This document shows, piece by piece, positions 50,881 through 64,000 of a stretch of DNA of 64,000 nt. The DNA is from Octopus bimaculoides (taxonomy: Eukaryota). Where the stretch lies: the NCBI RefSeq assembly GCF_001194135.2, contig NC_068984.1:30589362-30653361 (forward strand), given 5' to 3'. The number at the start of each line of letters is the position of its first letter. Within the stretch, counting starts at the first letter, position 1. Under the pieces are notes generated by a model that saw only the letters and a list, made by a program, of their open reading frames with translations, made no database searches and had not been told where the DNA came from. Made by a program: the position numbers and the translations under genes.

Positions 50881-51696
50881 GTGAATTGGTTGGAATTAGG
50901 AACAGAATCCAACCAGAGAAACCATGCTAAAATAGACAGCAGAGCTTGATGCAGCCTTCTGATTTGCCAGTCCCTATCAAACTTGATCACCCACGGTGCC
51001 TACTTTCACAATACTGACCTGCGTCACCCTTCACTTTTCCCTCCAATACACTGTTTCTATTACTATTCACATCCTCCTCCCTCTCCTCACCTTATATTTC
51101 TTATTGATTCTTGGTCTTCCTTTACTTCTCTGCCCTTCCTCCCTAAGCTACTTATATCCTCCATCTCCCTGCCTTTTACTCCTCTCTTCCTCCTCTTCCA
51201 TTCAACCTTTCAAATCTCTTACACTAAGATGTGATCTGCTATTTGCCAATTTTCCTCCTGACATATGAAGCTGGTATTATGGTAGTGTCTCAATGTGACC
51301 ATCAACTGGTTGCATATCCATGATTTATCACCCTTTCTATTTACTAATTCAAACATTACAACTATTACATAATTCTGAGGTCCCAGAAACAGTCGTTGAG
51401 TTACAAAGCCTTGCATTCTTCACTTAGTTTTCAGTATATTGTATACACCTATTCTTAATGTATGTAGTTTTGTAATTAAATATATCCCTATATATCTCTC
51501 TCTATATATATTATATTCATCATCATCATCATTATCATCATCTTTTAACGTCCATTTTCCATGTTGGCATGGGTTGGACGGTTTGACTGTGGTCTGGGGA
51601 GCCAGTCAGGAGGCACTGGCCACAGCTACGATATTGGTTTTACTTTACTCAACAGGTCTTCTCAATCACATCACATTCCCTGGTGCATCAGGATAT

Positions 51697-51727
<31 letters not shown>

Positions 51728-51737
51728 NNNNNNNNNN

Positions 51738-51775
<38 letters not shown>

Positions 51776-53374
51776 CCTATATATGTTTGTGCGTGGGTGA
51801 GGGTGTGTATATGTATGTATCTATATTTACATAGATCAAGGCTAATCTTGTTTATCTGCATCATTATATCTCTCTCTCACTGTGTATATATATTTATATA
51901 TATATATGTGTGCATGTGTGTGTGTGTGTGCATGTGTGTGTATGTATGTATGTATTTATGTATGCATGTATGCGTGTGCACATTCTAATACAAATATATA
52001 TCCTGCTATTGTTCGAGGAGAGGATTAGTTGAAATTTGAAAAGATAAATTACACAGACTATCAGAAGCTACAATAAATGTCTCAAACAGTGATTTGGATT
52101 TCTGTAAGCTACTTAAGGCTACTTTTCTTTTAAAGAGAAGAATATATATATATATAACTTGTATCATAACTATTTAAAATCTGATTTTGTTTCTTTAGAG
52201 ATACTGTAATTTGATGGATACTAGATTATCACTGTGTTTTTTTAAAAGGGGCCAAATACTGCCAAAATTGTTAAATTTATTTTCTTTTCGACAAGAAACA
52301 CACCACTATATGTGAAATTCTGTTTTGTAAATTTGCAGTCCAAAATTTCTTTTGAATTAAGCTCTTTATCAGATAGATTCTCACTCAGTAATCAATACTT
52401 CAAGATTCAGACAGAACCTCCAGAGAATATAGAGCAATCCTATTAGTAACACAAGATTAGACTGTAGCAGAATCCTGATTGTTGCTGCAATACTGTTAAA
52501 GATAACAAGAACATGAGAGAATTTCCATAAACTTGTTTCATATCTGTAGGTAATCTTTTATAACACAGCTTTATGTCTATTTTTTTTTCTTTCTTACAGC
52601 TTATTTTTGCATCTCTCACATATTTATCTAGATGATGTTTTAGGTTTCTTAAATGATATAGACGATGTGAATTGGATTCACAGATGGACTGTGAATTATT
52701 TTGCAGGTTTCATATATCTATTTATATGATGACATAGAATTATATAAGAAGATGAACACTCTATGTATTTAGCTCATTAGTGATGATTCATATTAATTTT
52801 CAGATTTTCTTTTTCTTTCATTTCTTATTTTACTAAATTATAATTTTCTTTTAAAGTATAATGGTTTTGATTTATTAGGATGTAAGTCTGACACAAACAT
52901 AAGAATACATCTGTCTGTTAGCAATAATTGAACAGATGGTTATATTCACACCTTCAGACTATGAGGGTTTCTATACCAATGTGACATTCTTGATATGCTC
53001 ATTCAACCTGACAGAAATAACAGCTAGATCTCACTCAAATTGTTACCCTACCATTTTTATAAAATAACACGTCAGATAATGAAATGGTCATTATTAGAAG
53101 GGTTTCGATCATAGCCATTTTTGATCATGTTTAGCATGAAGTTACATGGAAAAAAAAATCTGATTCTGTATGCAGCTTACACACACATACATACGGATAC
53201 ACATACACACACCTGCATGCTCACATGCATACACATATGCATACACAAGCACACACACAAATATACACACACAAACTCACACACAGAAACACAAAAACAC
53301 ACAAACATACACTCACAAACACACACTCACACACACACAAACACACATACACACACACAAACACACATACACAC

Positions 53375-53417
<43 letters not shown>

Positions 53418-54479
53418 ATTTCATATTCATAACTAGAAATATTAATAAAACTAAGGTCAAAACATGCATGAATTTCTGTACAGAAGACTTGTATTTTATG
53501 ATAACCTTTTCGGAGTTGCAATGGGGAGTATAAGCGAACTAGTTGAACGTTGATAAATTTTTCTTGGTTCTGTGAGTCATGTTCTTGATCTTCATGGCTG
53601 CAATGCAGCTGCATATGATCCTGCATCAAGCATCTGGTGTTCTGACCTTTGGTTGTGTGAAAAGGAAGAGAAAACTCATACTTAAATATATATTTCTGAT
53701 CACCTTCTTAGATGTCTCAGATGGCTTGGGCACAAATTACAATCATTGCGAGAATTTGCTGGCATAAAACCTATAATTCCCTAGTTAGTTATCAGAATTG
53801 AAGTGACATACAAGTTAGGGGTTGGGGCAGCTTGGTAGTATGTGCAAGCATGGTTGGTAACCATGATTACGTATTGCCTAGTTAATCCAAAATTTGCTGA
53901 GACCATAGACAATGGTAGATTTGTAAAAGCTTAGTTTCTAAAGGAGGAACGGATTAAGGATACTTGTAATGATTATATGTTAATTTGGAATATGTTTCTG
54001 GTGATGATATTAATTCTTGAAGAGAATTCAGGATTGCAAAGAATCCACTTCTCCATCAGCAACATCAGTTTGTGATCTGTAAGAGATCAGAGAATTTATG
54101 AATAATGAAGTCACCAAGGCTAATGACTTTATGAACAAATGTTAACAGTGTCAGAAGAAACAGATGATGAAGCAGCTGTTGGTGGAAGGAGAATTTCAGG
54201 AGAGCAGTAAATAAAGGCAGTAAATTAATATTTTGAGGAACATGGAAAAGAAACTTTAAGACAGACTAACTGGAAATCTTTATTACTTATTTTGATGTGA
54301 GAGAGATAAGAGGCAAAAGGTTTCGATAATTAATATTTTTAAGTTACTTTATCATTTATTTATATATTTAATGATACTTTGTGAATCTTCAGTATGTTTT
54401 TGGTAGTTTAATCAAAAGGTGTCTTCTACTCTCAGAAGATTGAATATTAAGGATGTTAATTTGCTTAATTTATGTAGAC

Positions 54480-54900
54480 CCATGATTTACTTTGGGTTCT
54501 ATTATGTATGTGATGAGGTCCATATCCCTTCCACGGATGTTGGCCGCAAGTTTGCAAGCCTTCAAGTGGAGCACCACACATCTTGTTGTCATGCATTCTG
54601 AGCTATTGACCATATTGTGTTTTTCTCCCTCATATGCCATTTCAGTCTTTATGAATTTAAGTGCTGACATTCCTTGCACAGCAATCCTTCCATGATAGCT
54701 AATACCCTCTGCATAATTTTGCTCACTAGCCAGAGTGATTTGCCATGGTGTGGCCATCGGTATGCACTACCAATTTGGGGAACCATAAATGAGAGCTGTG
54801 TAATAGTTGGAGACCAGTACTTCAATCCACACCTGAATGAGGTGAGCAGGTCTTCAAAAGTACGACTTCATTTGCTCTACACCAAGCACCACACTTGTTG
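54480..54900 (-). pseudogene. Degraded RTE-type LINE ORF2 fragment
   Basis: A GC-richer block whose minus strand has frame-broken GIS..WKD, RLKW and G..LRM motifs. Confidence 0.35.
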
Positions 54901-56208
54901 TTTAACAAATGTTAAAGGAGAAAGAGTTTTATGCTTAACTAATCATCAAAATACCTGTAGAATTTAGCTACTGTCATTTATATTCCAACTGATTTTACGA
55001 ACTATTTAGATTTACAAATGTCTATGACTGTAAGGTTTTAATGAAAAACATTTACTTACTGCTAGTTAGGAATTATATTTTTGCTGAGTTTAATAATAAT
55101 CTTTATCATGTCTTTTGTAATTCCATACATTCTTCCACCCCACTGCAATATCTAATATTTTCTGACTTATTTTAGTGTTATACATTTAATTAATGTAAAT
55201 GAAAAATACACTATCTACCTCTGTATAAACAATCTTCAAAGTGAAATGCTGATTAATGGCAAGAAAAGAAAATAAGTGACATTGATAAGATTTCATAATG
55301 AACTTTAAAAACATATGTGAATTCATTCAGTCTCTTTATTTTGAGCAAAGCAATTGTATTGGTAAAAAAATATATATATTTTAATTAAAAACTGTTGTTA
55401 AATAACTATATTGATTATTTTAAAGGTTTCACCTCTTTATCTCCATTCATATAGCATATATTTTGTAGACTACTTCAGAAAAGACTTTAAAATTGAACAC
55501 AATTCAACATATTATTCTTCAAATATCTTGAAAAGAATTGTATGTAGAGGTGGAAGGATATAATTTCTTGAGAATTCTGAAAGAAAATAATTATTCATTT
55601 ACTCTTGGAAAATAGGAGATTCTATTGTTTAGTGATAGTCTGTTTTAATTTATAGTTGTTTATATCTCTGGAAATGATAAGTCATGTTTTCTTCATATAT
55701 TTACAGACCAATTATCCTCACATTGAATATATTGGAAGGTATGTAATCATTCAAAAATGTATTTATTCTGTGACTTTAGCACAATGTCCATTTATTAGTA
55801 ACACTGAAGATGTTTTTAATTAGATTTTAAGCCTGGAATAGGTTCGATGATTTTAAGAGACAAGCATGCATGGTTAATAAGTTTGCTGTGTAAGAATGAT
55901 TCCAGACTCAATTCCACTCCATGACTACTTAGACAAGAGTCTTTTGATATAATCTTGAGGTGACCAATAACTTGTGAGTGGAATTTGGTCGATGGAATTG
56001 AGCAGGAGTTCGATCAATATACATATATATATAAATACATATATACATATATAGTACATACACTCATACATACGCACATATCTTTTTAACAATTTTGCAT
56101 TAATAGTTTTATCATTAGAGTTCTTCTTAAGGTGACAAGCTGGCAGATTTGTTATTGTGCTAGGTAAAAGGCATAATGGCATTTCGTTTGGCTTTACATT
56201 CATCAGAA

Positions 56209-56443
56209 GTTAAATGGAAAAAAGTTTTACGAGTCCAACAGCTGTTTCTGGGAGCTTGGTGGTTCAGAATAATGATAGTTACTTGAATCCATTGTGAGAT
56301 AACGCTGTCTCCATCTTCAGGGGAGAATTTTACTTTGGAAAATTTCACATTTGACGTGCTGACAGGATGGAGTTTAAAGATTATTCTGGACCACCAAGCC
56401 CCCAGAAACAGCTGTTTGACTCGTAAAACTCTATCCATTTAAC
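56209..56443. mobile_element. Foldback element (~63-bp arms) enclosing a decayed hammerhead-like core
   Basis: 56209-56272 is the reverse complement of 56380-56443. The spacer on the minus strand has CTGAAGA-TG-GAGA…TCTC, but GAAA is lost. Confidence 0.75.
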
Positions 56444-59400
56444 TCCTGATATCATTTATATTCTGTAAGTTAGACTATTTTACGTCCATGCACATGTACA
56501 TTTTTTCTTTTAAATGTATTTAATATTCTGGGTAAATCCTTTTGCCTAACTTGCTTCTCATTATATTTACTCATATATATATATACATGTACACAAGGTT
56601 GACCAAAAGTCACCTGATGGTAAATCAAAATTTCATCAATACTATCTGTAATTCTGTATTGACTCAAATGGAAAAATGTGTTGCTCAAGAAGGACTTCAG
56701 TTTGAACAATTTTCGTGATGTTTCATATTTAGATGTTTTTATTAAATTCATTCTGTCATTAAACATAAATAAATTTTGGAATTAAATAGTTTTGATTTAT
56801 TGTCAAACCATCCAACCCATGCCAGCATGGAAAGCAGATATTAAACGATGATGATTTTGATGATGATATGCATGTGTGTCTGTGTGTGTGTGTGTGTGTG
56901 TATTCATAAACCACAATGTGTTCACTCTGCAAATATTAATGCCTGGCTTGAACAATTATGTCAACTTTGTGCCACTATGCAAGCAATCTGTAACATTCAG
57001 AATTTTGCTTACATTGCTAATGAGTAGTTTTATACCATTCACTATTTACAGCTTGGAAGGAAGGGTTTTAAGGAAGATAAAACTCTTCAGATTCTTGTTC
57101 AAAGCATTGCAAGCCCTTTGACTTAACTATAGGGTCAAATTTCACAGTAAATTATCTATATATCTAGTAAATATATGGATATCATTCTGTGTACACATTT
57201 ATGGTATTTACATTCTTCTGGCTGGAAAAGTAATGATTTCTTTCATCTTCCATCAATATTGTACTCACTTTGTCCACAGCAAAAGAAAGGAAACAACAAA
57301 AACAATGTTTAACTGTAAAGCTATATCATATATGAGTATCATTTACCATTGTAAGAAGTAGGCAGGTGGCATATAACTGATAAATGCTATCTTAAACTTC
57401 AGTCAAAAGATGGAAAGAAATAATAATTGTATCAGTATGTCTTCAGAATGAGTACATAAAAAGTGAAACCTTTAATGATATCAAGAACACCTCGATGAGG
57501 AGCAGGTACAGGAATCATCCGATAAGTTCAAGAATATAATCTTCAAAAGTTGCTTTTGTATTGATAAACTAAAATGGTGTTGTTTTTGTTTAGCTTCAGG
57601 TCATTCCAGCTGTTACCATGTAACCATACCATTCTCATTCTCAAATGTAAAACTACATCATTCAATGTTATTTTATTTTTTTAAGACTTGGGATATTAAG
57701 AAGATTTCAAAGCTATTTTTGTCAATTTAATCAACCACAGGAAGGTGATTATAATTGATTTGTGCCAGTACTCTATGTTGTCATGTATGAGTCAAAGAGT
57801 TAGTTAGAGGATACTTTAACTTAAGGTAGAAAGAATGGTTGTTCAGGAACGATTGGTCTTGTTTATATAGATTTAGTTTTAATTTAACCTATTTTATTTC
57901 CTTGCTCTCACTGCATCTGTCTGCATCTGATAATTAAATCTAGTAAAATTAACCAAAAGATGATATTCTTATTTCATAATTCACGTATCTACGTAGTACA
58001 TATTGTAATATTAAGAAATCTTTCTCACATCCCACTGGAAGTATGTAAGAGTTATATCCATTACAATTGGATATTTTGATCTTCTCAAAAATTTTAGGAT
58101 ATTGAAAATCAATTTAGGGGATTGTATGAGAAGTTTAAAATTAAGCCAAACAGGTATTTTCTGCATAATAGCTTGACCTGCTACAAAATAACAGCTAAAT
58201 ATCCTGAAATCACATCCTACCATTTTATAGGAAATATGTTTTGGTCTTAAACACAGTAGATACTATTTCTATGAACGCTGAACTTATTTGGTGCATATGT
58301 GTTCTGGCTGAGGATTAATCCAGGACCAAATAGCCACGAGATATATAGTATTGTGATGCCATACTACTTTAGCATTCATTTTAATCATGATCCAAATAAA
58401 ATTAATGAAATTGTCTATTGCTAAAAGCAGAGTCAACTCTACTTTATGATCAAAGATGTACCAGCTGCAGTGAGTAAATTATTATTTTTTTTATATCTAA
58501 TGTGTCCTTCACTAATGTATAATTTGATGGAATCTAACAGTTATTTCCTGCAAGTCAGAAAACCATATAAAGGTTCCTTTATTGGATCAGTGAAGCAAAC
58601 TGTCTTTTAAAAACAAGTGTTTGTGTGTTTATTCCTTTTTAAACAGCAACTTGTGCTATCTGATATGTCTAATGTGACACATGCACCTAGTGCAACTAAA
58701 CTGGAATTACACATGTATACTGATTCCATTTACAGTAGAGATGTCTTTGGAACAGATATCACAGTGAACCAGAAATGATATGTTTTGTCCACCCCTTTTA
58801 AGAACTCTATGCTTGTAGATTGCAAAGTAGGCACTGACAAAGCATTGTGATAATATAAACAAACGTATTATAAACAAAGGTTTTCTTAAGAGCAATTTAA
58901 ATACAATATCATCCTTTTGAAATTTTCTGTATTATTAATTTATGTAGTGCAGCATCACTTCCACTTCTGAGAAATGCTATATAGTAGAGTATATGAGCCT
59001 GAAAATGAAGTGTAGAGTTAAGAACTTGGCTGACCAATATGTTTGGGAACAATTGCTTTAGACATTATTCAAGACAAGTTAAAAACTTGTTACAGGGAAT
59101 TTCTTTTTATAAATTAACCCTAATCAGTTTTGCTAGAGCAGAACTATGATGTGGTGGGAACCATTCGAATGTTTTAGGCCAGGTAATAAGTCTGCTAACA
59201 TTGATGGCTTAATCTTGTGGCCACTTTGCCATGAAAATAAGTCATAACTAACCATTATAACTTTATAATAAATGTCTTTACATTTACAATGTAAATTATG
59301 TTTTCATTTTAAATGTTGATGCCTGAAGGACAAAAAGAAAGTTCAACTTCAATGAAAGTAAATCATAAAGTAACATAAATACAACAATAACCAGACATTT

Positions 59401-60358
59401 TCTAAACTGCTTCACAAATTCTATCATTTCCTGTCCTACTAAAAATAATATTCATTGTTTCAAAATCCACCACAAAACTCCATTGATTATATAAGAGATA
59501 CCAATGATTTCACAGTAAAATTAAAAGTGTACAGGCAGGAATTGAAACAATGTACTGATACACATCCAAAACAAGAAATGACTAAACATATCTAACATTA
59601 AATAGGTTTCTACTGGGATTGTTTATATTAGTAATATTTAAATGAATGTTTCTATGATTTTTTAAAGGCTTTTTTTTATTGAATATGTATGTAAAATGTA
59701 GTTATATTAAACAGGATATATACTTCTTATATGATACTAGACATTAAAATAGATAATTTGAAGAATCGCATTCATATTAATAAGGATATTAGTTGCAATT
59801 ATCTGTAATGAAATGTCAAATTATACGACATTACAATTAGTTCTAGGGTGAAAAACTGTAACAAATGACATATAGATGTGCTGTATTTAAATGTTACATG
59901 AAAATAACAGATGAATTATTTATACTGTTTATTTGTACAAGGCAAGAAGAATTAATTTAGAAACATATAATAATCTTGTTGCCTAAAACACTAAACCTTA
60001 TTGGAAATACGAATACTGAATGAATTATGAGTTCTCCAAAGACTGCTTAAATCAAACAGTTCCCAAATCATTTTAAAAGCTATGTGTCACAAACCCAAAT
60101 GGTTAATAATATGTTTCCATTATCTAAGTCATGCATTTAACTGTATTGCGATACCAGCAGTTTCATTACATGGCAGGTACATACAATGCAAGATATACAT
60201 TTATATAACTAAAAAAATATCACACTATCAAAATATACTGGTAACAAGAGTATTGAGGAAATAGATGTGTAAGATGTGTACGTGTGTATGTGTGTGTGTC
60301 CACAAATACGATCCTGATGAATGGAGATTGTTCATTGATAGTTCAAAACGTAGTTTGA

Positions 60359-60409
<51 letters not shown>

Positions 60410-60416
<7 letters not shown>

Positions 60417-60480
60417 TCACTGCCTGGAATCAAACTCGGAATCTTGGGGTTAGTAGCCCACGATCTTGACCACAATGCCA
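60410..60480 (-). mobile_element. tRNA-derived head followed by an (AAT)n tail
   Basis: Minus strand ATGGCATTGTGGTCAAG (A-box-like)…CTACTAA loop…CCGAGTTTGATTCC (B-box-like), then (AAT)n at 60360-60412. There is no convincing acceptor stem. Confidence 0.6.
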
Positions 60481-60548
60481 TTAATAATAATAATAATAAC
60501 GTCAAAAAATACCTTAGGAATGAGAACCCAGGTTCGAAATTTCCCCAA

Positions 60549-60594
60549 GACACTTGATGAAGACTGGAGGGTATATCAGCCGAAACGTTGTGTC
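60549..60594 (+). ncRNA. Minimal type I hammerhead motif with a C3>T change
   Basis: GACAC-TTGATGA-A-GACTG…CAGCC-GAAA-CG-TT-GTGTC. Stem I GACAC/GTGTC is perfect, stem III is the palindrome ACGT, the triplet is GUU, and stem II has one mismatch. Confidence 0.65.
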
Positions 60595-61519
60595 AACAAC
60601 AAATGAGGACAAGTATCCATCAAATGTAAGTAATGTAAAGAAAGTAAATGTTTTGAGTATATATGTAAATCATTTCCAGGACTTAGCATCGAAAAACTCA
60701 AATTAGGAGTGTTTGATGGTCCTGATATCAGGAAACTCATTAAGGCTGATGAATTTGTTAATTCAAGGTATGACTTTGAATAGCATTTGTTGACATGGTG
60801 AAAAACCTCTTAGACAATCGCCGGGCCAAAAACTACAAGGAGTTAGTGGAAAAGCTGTTGAAAAGTCTACAAGACATAGGCATTAATATAAGTATTAAGG
60901 TTCATTTTTTACATAGCCGTCTAGATAAATTTCCGGATAATTGCAGCAATGTGAATGATGAGCAAGAAGAACGATTCCATCAGGATATCAAAACAATGGA
61001 AGAGTGGGACAAACGAATGATGTCTGACTACTGCTAGAGTATCAAAAGTGAATTAAATAACATTGAACATGACAAACAATCAAGAAAGAGAAAATTTTTA
61101 CCATAATTCTTATGTTCATGAAGGTTTTATTTCTGCTGTCAGTTTATTTAATGATTTGATGAACATACTTGTTGGTCTTTGTATATTCAATTGTGCTATG
61201 GTCTCTTTGTTATTGCAAAAAAAAAAGTATTTCTCAATAAGCAGACCAATATTTGTTGGTTTAAATATGAATTGAGGTTCCTACAATTTTACTTTGAGAA
61301 ATATTGCCATTGATCAATATCAAATATACAGAAAATAAATGAAAAAATGCTTTTCTTTCCAAAAATGAGGCATTTCTGTACAGCAAAAAGGTAGCTAACC
61401 AAAAAAGTTAGCTAAAAGTAAGGTCAATTTCAGATTCAGCGCCCTCAAATTAGAGATGTTTGGAGTGTTGACACCATTTCAAATTTTTTTTTTTTTTTGC
61501 TGACCAGTGTTATTTATTC

Positions 61520-62750
61520 ATATTAACGTCACACATAAAATAGAGAATCCCTACCTTAATTCGTTCCTGATTTTACATGTTCTCTGCACTCAGTACCCAT
61601 ATTCTGCTGCAGTACACAAGCATTATATAGTTATCCTGAGAGAGAAACCAGTACTGGTAATAGGGCCCTCAACTTTTATCACTCTATCTTTATATGGCTC
61701 CTGTTTCAGAAAATCCATCACCAGTGGTAAATATGTCATCTTAGTAGCAAAATCAGTTATAAATATCTATGGAAGCTTCTGAACATTTCAGAGAATTTAT
61801 TTCATGAGTATAATTATCGGTTAGTATTCATAAAAATCTACCACACATGAAATATTCCTTCTCTGTAAACCTACCTGTGATCTGACTCTGTCTCTTGCGT
61901 GGCCATTGCTTACATCAATTACACTAATGAAAATCTTACCTATTTCTTTCCTGCACACTTCTCAGATAAGAAGATTCTGTCTTCTTTCAAGCTAATCAAA
62001 ACTTTTGTCTTTGTTAGGCTTACATTGATGCCTTTTGATTCAAGACTTTGCTACAACAATTAAAATATTATCCTTAAGCTTCAACAGATCCAATTAAGTG
62101 AACCAAGTCATTCACATACAGTATTTCTCTGCTCTCTCCTGTTTAGAATAGTTCTCCAGGCTGTAGCAAAACACTTGGTATGGCCTGGAGAACCATTGTA
62201 AACAGGAGGGAGCAGAGAACCAAGCCCCAATGAACACCTATCTAAATACAAGAATTCTTCAGTAGACATAGTATTAACTATCGTTAAGATAATTTTTGTA
62301 TATGGTTTTCATGGCTCAAATGACTATTCATCTACGCCTAGTTTTCTTGGTGGCCATCAGACTACTGAGCAAGGTACTCAATGGAAGGCCTTCTCTAAGT
62401 TGACAGAATCTAAGCATAGTGAAGTACTAAGAACTTCTGTAGGTGTGTAACTCAGAAAAGAACATTTTTATTACCTCCATCCTGGTACAAATCAACTAGA
62501 TTGTGTATAACTCTCTGTTACATTCCTAATTTGGCCAATCACTTTGATGCTTCAGTAACTGCTTCCTTCTAGAGTATCTCCTTCGCTCTTGTAGAAGTTA
62601 ACAATATTACTGCACTAGTTGTTGAGGATGAAACCACCCTGTAATTCCAAAGAGGAAATCTCCATCTGATTCTTCAAAAGACAATAAACTGCAGCCAAAT
62701 TTTTCTCAAATACTACATTCCTGTCAAATATTGTTGAATATACAGGGTAT
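61520..62750 (-). pseudogene. Degraded RTE LINE reverse-transcriptase region
   Basis: Minus strand traces: EKAFH.VP, RKLGVDE, GVH.G…LLF.MVLQAI, LYVNDLV, KG.NVSL.KTKVL. These follow the order of RTE RT motifs, with many stops. Confidence 0.65.
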
Positions 62751-63362
62751 GCTAAAGTTGAATATAACATGCCATGGAAGATTGCAAAAGTTCATGGCAA
62801 GAAAACAGGTCAAATGTTATGACACAAGTTGAAATATTTATCGTAACATGTTTGAATGAAATCAGAGAATGACAATAGTTATGAATCTGCTTCAAGTTGA
62901 ATCTAAAGTACCTATAAAGGTATCTTACAAAGTCTTTAGAATACTTAAACATATATTACCAAACAACAACATTTACAAAATTACCTATTTACAGGAAAAT
63001 ATACTGATACCAACAAGAATGCTAAAAACAGGAAGTATTGACATTACTTCTAAACCTAACATTGCAGGTCCACATAGAATATATTATTGTTTCATACACA
63101 AGAATAAAGTTTGTCAACATGATACAAAGCTCTAAAATTTCTGCAATAAAATACAAATGGCATAAAAAAACACCTTTATGGAACAAAAATATTTTATCAT
63201 CTCTCAAGACATTCTTATAACCATAATTCAGGAAACATTTTTATTATGAGAAAAGAAGACAACCGTCATCATGCATTATACTGAAATCAAACTCAACAGA
63301 CCCTTTCAAAATGGATGTGATTACATATCATGCATAAAAGTAGGCATATGTGTGATATGATT

Positions 63363-63405
<43 letters not shown>

Positions 63406-63499
63406 TATGCATATGTATATAAACTTCCATAATGGTGAGATAAAAAAAGTGCACTCCATCTTGTGAGAGATAAATATTATTTAATAAACACAATATATG

Positions 63500-63832
63500 T
63501 TTTTATGTGCTATTACTATTAGTGTCATGTGCTGAGAGCATGCTAAACAGTGTTTCTTCTTTCAGCTTTATATTCGACGGTCTAAGGGGAAATAACTTTA
63601 ATCTTCCCTTATGCTTCTTTCTGATTTCTTTTTCATTTTCCGATTTTACAACCTTCCATCTTTTATATCTACTTCTTTGTCACCTTTTCTTGCTTTTTCT
63701 CTCATCTTATCATCCCATTTTTAATCTGCTATGTCATGTGGGCAATGTCTGATGATTGTGCTAGAACACCAGACATGTTAAAACACATTTGGCACGCTCT
63801 CAGCACATGAAGCTAATAGAAGCACATAAAAA
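63500..63832. repeat. Imperfect inverted repeat (~46-bp arms, ~240-bp spacer), MITE-like
   Basis: TTTTATGTGC…TCATGTGCTGAGAGCATGCTAAA (63500-63547) versus TTTGGCACGCTCTCAGCACATGA…GCACATAAAA (63788-63832). Confidence 0.7.
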
Positions 63833-64000
63833 GATATACTGCATTTATTAAACAATGTATGTAAATATATATATATATATATATATATCAGAAATGACAT
63901 ACATAAATGAAAAGAAAACAGCACTGCATAAGAAAGGCAAACTTTCAAATTAAAAACATGGAACACTAAACACATTGATATTATAAAAATATTAACCACC

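Larger units (their letters stand above)
60295..61509 (+). mobile_element. Chapaev3-like (CMC/Transib-related) DNA transposon remnant with an internal deletion and insertion
   Basis: YDPDEWRLFIDSSKRSL, then CFEYICKSFPGLSIEKLKLGVFDGPDIRKL…KVHFLHSRLDKFP…DEQEERFHQDIKTME…MMSDYC*. The right end is …TTTTGCTGACCAGTG (CAC-type terminus). The superfamily name is from memory of these motifs. Confidence 0.7.

Noticed and set aside
54312-54391. Minus-strand CTGAAGA…ATC-GAAA-CC
   Set aside because: Stem III and stem I do not pair; likely a chance AT-rich match.
56180-56206. Minus-strand CTGATGA…GAAA
   Set aside because: Stem II is only 2 bp, and the segment is better explained as a degraded family B SINE head.
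58647-58778. Acceptor followed by a 43-codon frame ending in a stop (QLVLSDM…NQK*)
   Set aside because: No recognisable homology; an open frame of this length after one of many acceptor-like sites is not significant.
60410-60480. Functional tRNA gene (also the heads of SINE families B, C and G)
   Set aside because: Only A/B-box-like remnants, no complete cloverleaf, and followed by repeat tails or SINE bodies.

Overview
AT-rich, microsatellite-dense eukaryotic DNA with eight N-gaps. The repeat families (tRNA-derived SINEs, RTE LINE 3' ends with (GAT)n tails) suggest an octopus or other coleoid cephalopod genome; this is inference, no database search was run. I recognise no intact host gene, rRNA, genuine tRNA gene or CRISPR array. 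Most ORFs in the supplied track are simple-repeat artefacts or transposon fragments. The window is mainly decayed mobile DNA: RTE LINE fragments and tails, two R4/Dong-like restriction-endonuclease LINE fragments, several SINE families, two mariner remnants, two DD37D (maT) remnants, a Chapaev3-like remnant, a probable Penelope remnant and foldback elements. The main result is a set of minimal type I hammerhead-ribozyme motifs from apparently unrelated sequence families. One is fully canonical (37035-37110, +) and one has an intact core (45823-45910, -). Two sit in the arms of a ~420-bp palindrome (10889-11310), one lies beside a tRNA-like head inside the Chapaev remnant (60549-60594), and two are decayed (46254-46286, 56290-56323). 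A few short segments with splice signals could be exons of a large-intron host gene, but none could be identified.
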